A stretch of DNA of 64,000 nucleotides from Phaeosaccion multiseriatum (taxonomy: Eukaryota; Protista; Ochrophyta, other classes). Within the stretch, counting starts at the first letter, position 1. Each line of letters opens with the position of its first letter. The stretch covers positions 1 through 64,000 of the forward strand of contig OZ218960.1 in assembly GCA_965112735.1 (NCBI GenBank), given 5' to 3'. This document shows, piece after piece, positions 62,114 through 64,000 of this stretch. The notes beneath the pieces were generated by a model that worked only from the letters and a program-made list of their open reading frames with translations, was not told the DNA's origin and did no database searches. The position numbers and the translations under genes were made by a program.

Positions 62114-64000
62114 GCCGTCTCCTTTATTCGCCCGCCTCCCCCTCCCCCGTCCCGCCACTGACGAAGGCCACTGACTCCAGGCACTGACTCCAGGCACTGA
62201 CTCCAGGCAATAACACCAGGCACTGACCTTCTCCGCGGGGATGCGCAGCTTCTCGGCGGCGTTCTCCTCCTTTGCACTGATCCACACGGGGATATTCGTA
62301 CCGGGGAAGGTGTTTTCGACACTCGCTAGGGTCTCTTTGACCCCTCCGATTGGCCCGATCCAACACCCCAACACGCCCGGCGGCACTCCTCCTGCGTGGT
62401 CTGGCGTACACAAACCAAAGGGGGGATGACATAAAGGTGCCACGGAGGAAGGGCATATGGGCGGGGGACAGTTACATGGGTAAGAGGAACAGAGAAGCGC
62501 GCCGAACCTCCTCTCCGAGACTACCCTGCCCGACGTGAGCTGACATCACATGACATCACATGACATCACATGACATCACCTCCTCGCTCAATCAATCAAC
62601 GCCTCTGAAAGAGAGGCTCTCGCTGCCTCTGCACTCCCACTCACCGAAGTGCGTGCTGGTCAGGACGATGGCCTTTGGCTTGAAGCGCGCCGTCTTGATA
62701 ATCCTCACGATGGCATCGGGGTCCCACGCCGGGTCAACCACCACGCACTCGCGCGACTCCGCGTCGGCAACAAGATACGTGCAGCTTGAACGCGTTCGAG
62801 CGAAGCGGACGAGAGACGGGCAGCGGCCCTTGGGAGGGGGGGGAGAGGGCTGCCCGGAACCCCAGCACTGCTCGCACTCGCGCCGGTGCTCGCGCCACTG
62901 GGCCTTCTCGTCGCTTGTCATGGGCTTGCCGGGGGGAAGGAGCTGCACGCCCGAGATGAGCTGCCGCACGATGAAGCCTCCCGTGGGGTTCGAGCGCTTA
63001 CTTACTCCTGCATCTGCTCCTCGGAAAGGAAGGGGCGTGCGTGTGCATGCGCGGCAGGTGACTTTGAGTAAGCATAACACATGAATCATCCACCTATCAC
63101 CATCCATGACCATCTATGACCATCCATGACCGTCCATGACTATCTATGACCATCTATGACCACCTTTGACCATCTATGACCATCTATGACCATCTATGAC
63201 CATCATGGGGGGTCGATGGGCAGTAGGCAGTGGACAGAGGGCAGAGGGCAGAGCACAGAGGGCACGCACACACAAGAAACGGCGGTAGGGGGTAGGGCTG
63301 CGCTGTGGGGCTGCGCTCTCAATGCACAGCGCAACGCCTCTCTCTCTCGGCATGTGGGGCACGAGAGCCTCCGTCGCTACCTCCCTCTCTCCCTCCTCCG
63401 TCTCTCCCTCCCTCCTCTCTCCCTTCCTTTCCTCCCTGCCCGCCCCCTGCAGCACTTTTCGCTTGTACACGTGCAGGCACAGGCAGACGGTAGGACAAAC
63501 AAACAGGGCAGCAGCTCACCTTTGCTGTTGCTGCCCCCCTCCGCCGCTGTGGGCTCGTCGTCCTGGAGCTGCCCCAGGGCATGCAGCGTCTCTTCGCACT
63601 GGCGGATGAAGACGTCTCTCTCTGGGGCTGCGATGCACTCATGGTGCCGCAGCGTGTGCAGAGCGTCCCAATAGAGCCCCTCATGGAACTGCGCAACGCC
63701 CAATCTGGGGGGAGGAGGCGGGGCATGTGCACGCGACCGTACGCGTGAGTGCGTGTGTGTGGTGCGCTCTTTTCTCTTCCCGACCTCTCTGGTCACAAGC
63801 TGCGCACATTGACTATGGCTTGAAAGCGGACGGCAAAGTTGAGCAGCGCAGCGACACAAGATCCATCTCTGTGTGAAACTCTTAGCCGTCAAGGTCCAAC
63901 CTTCACGTGCAACCTTCCACCCACCTAAGGTACAGCTTGGGCCATCCGAAGCCCTCCGCGAAGCCCTTTTTGGCGGTCACAAGTGCAGCGTTGCCGTCTT
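60401..64000 (-). CDS. TPR + metallo-beta-lactamase-fold (glyoxalase II-like) protein; 5' end outside the window
   Basis: TPR-like WPKLYLR|LGVAQF..G.YWDAL. MBL motifs TYLVAD..VVVDP, LTSTHF|DHAGG, HTPGITP, LLSGD, VVP|GN. Confidence 0.78.

Overview
This is a eukaryotic chromosome end. The organism is probably an alga with a secondary red plastid, inferred from a glutaredoxin with a signal peptide followed by Phe. A ~4.6 kb (CCCTAA)n telomere is joined directly to the gag zinc-knuckle region of a chromodomain-bearing Ty3/Gypsy element. That element sits inside a second, unrelated Ty3/Gypsy element whose Pol carries an intact-looking DEDDy 3'-5' exonuclease domain (WRN/Mut-7/RNase D-like) between RNase H and integrase. 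The 15-25 kb subtelomeric zone holds a non-autonomous LTR element (251-bp LTRs, 4-bp TSD, possible self-priming). It also holds two copies of a non-coding ~600-bp fold-back element built from a nearly invariant 47-bp repeat, with TG...CA ends, 5-bp TSDs and a tRNA-3'-half/B-box motif. From ~22 kb onward there are intron-rich host genes: a tandem CBM4-like protein, a ~22-kb ankyrin/TRAF-zinc-finger gene, an amino-acid transporter, a CGFS glutaredoxin, EB1, and a TPR + metallo-beta-lactamase-fold protein lacking several metal ligands. Short motifs such as GCTGTATCACCAACTGCTGC recur through both exons and introns. All calls come from reading the sequence; no searches were run.
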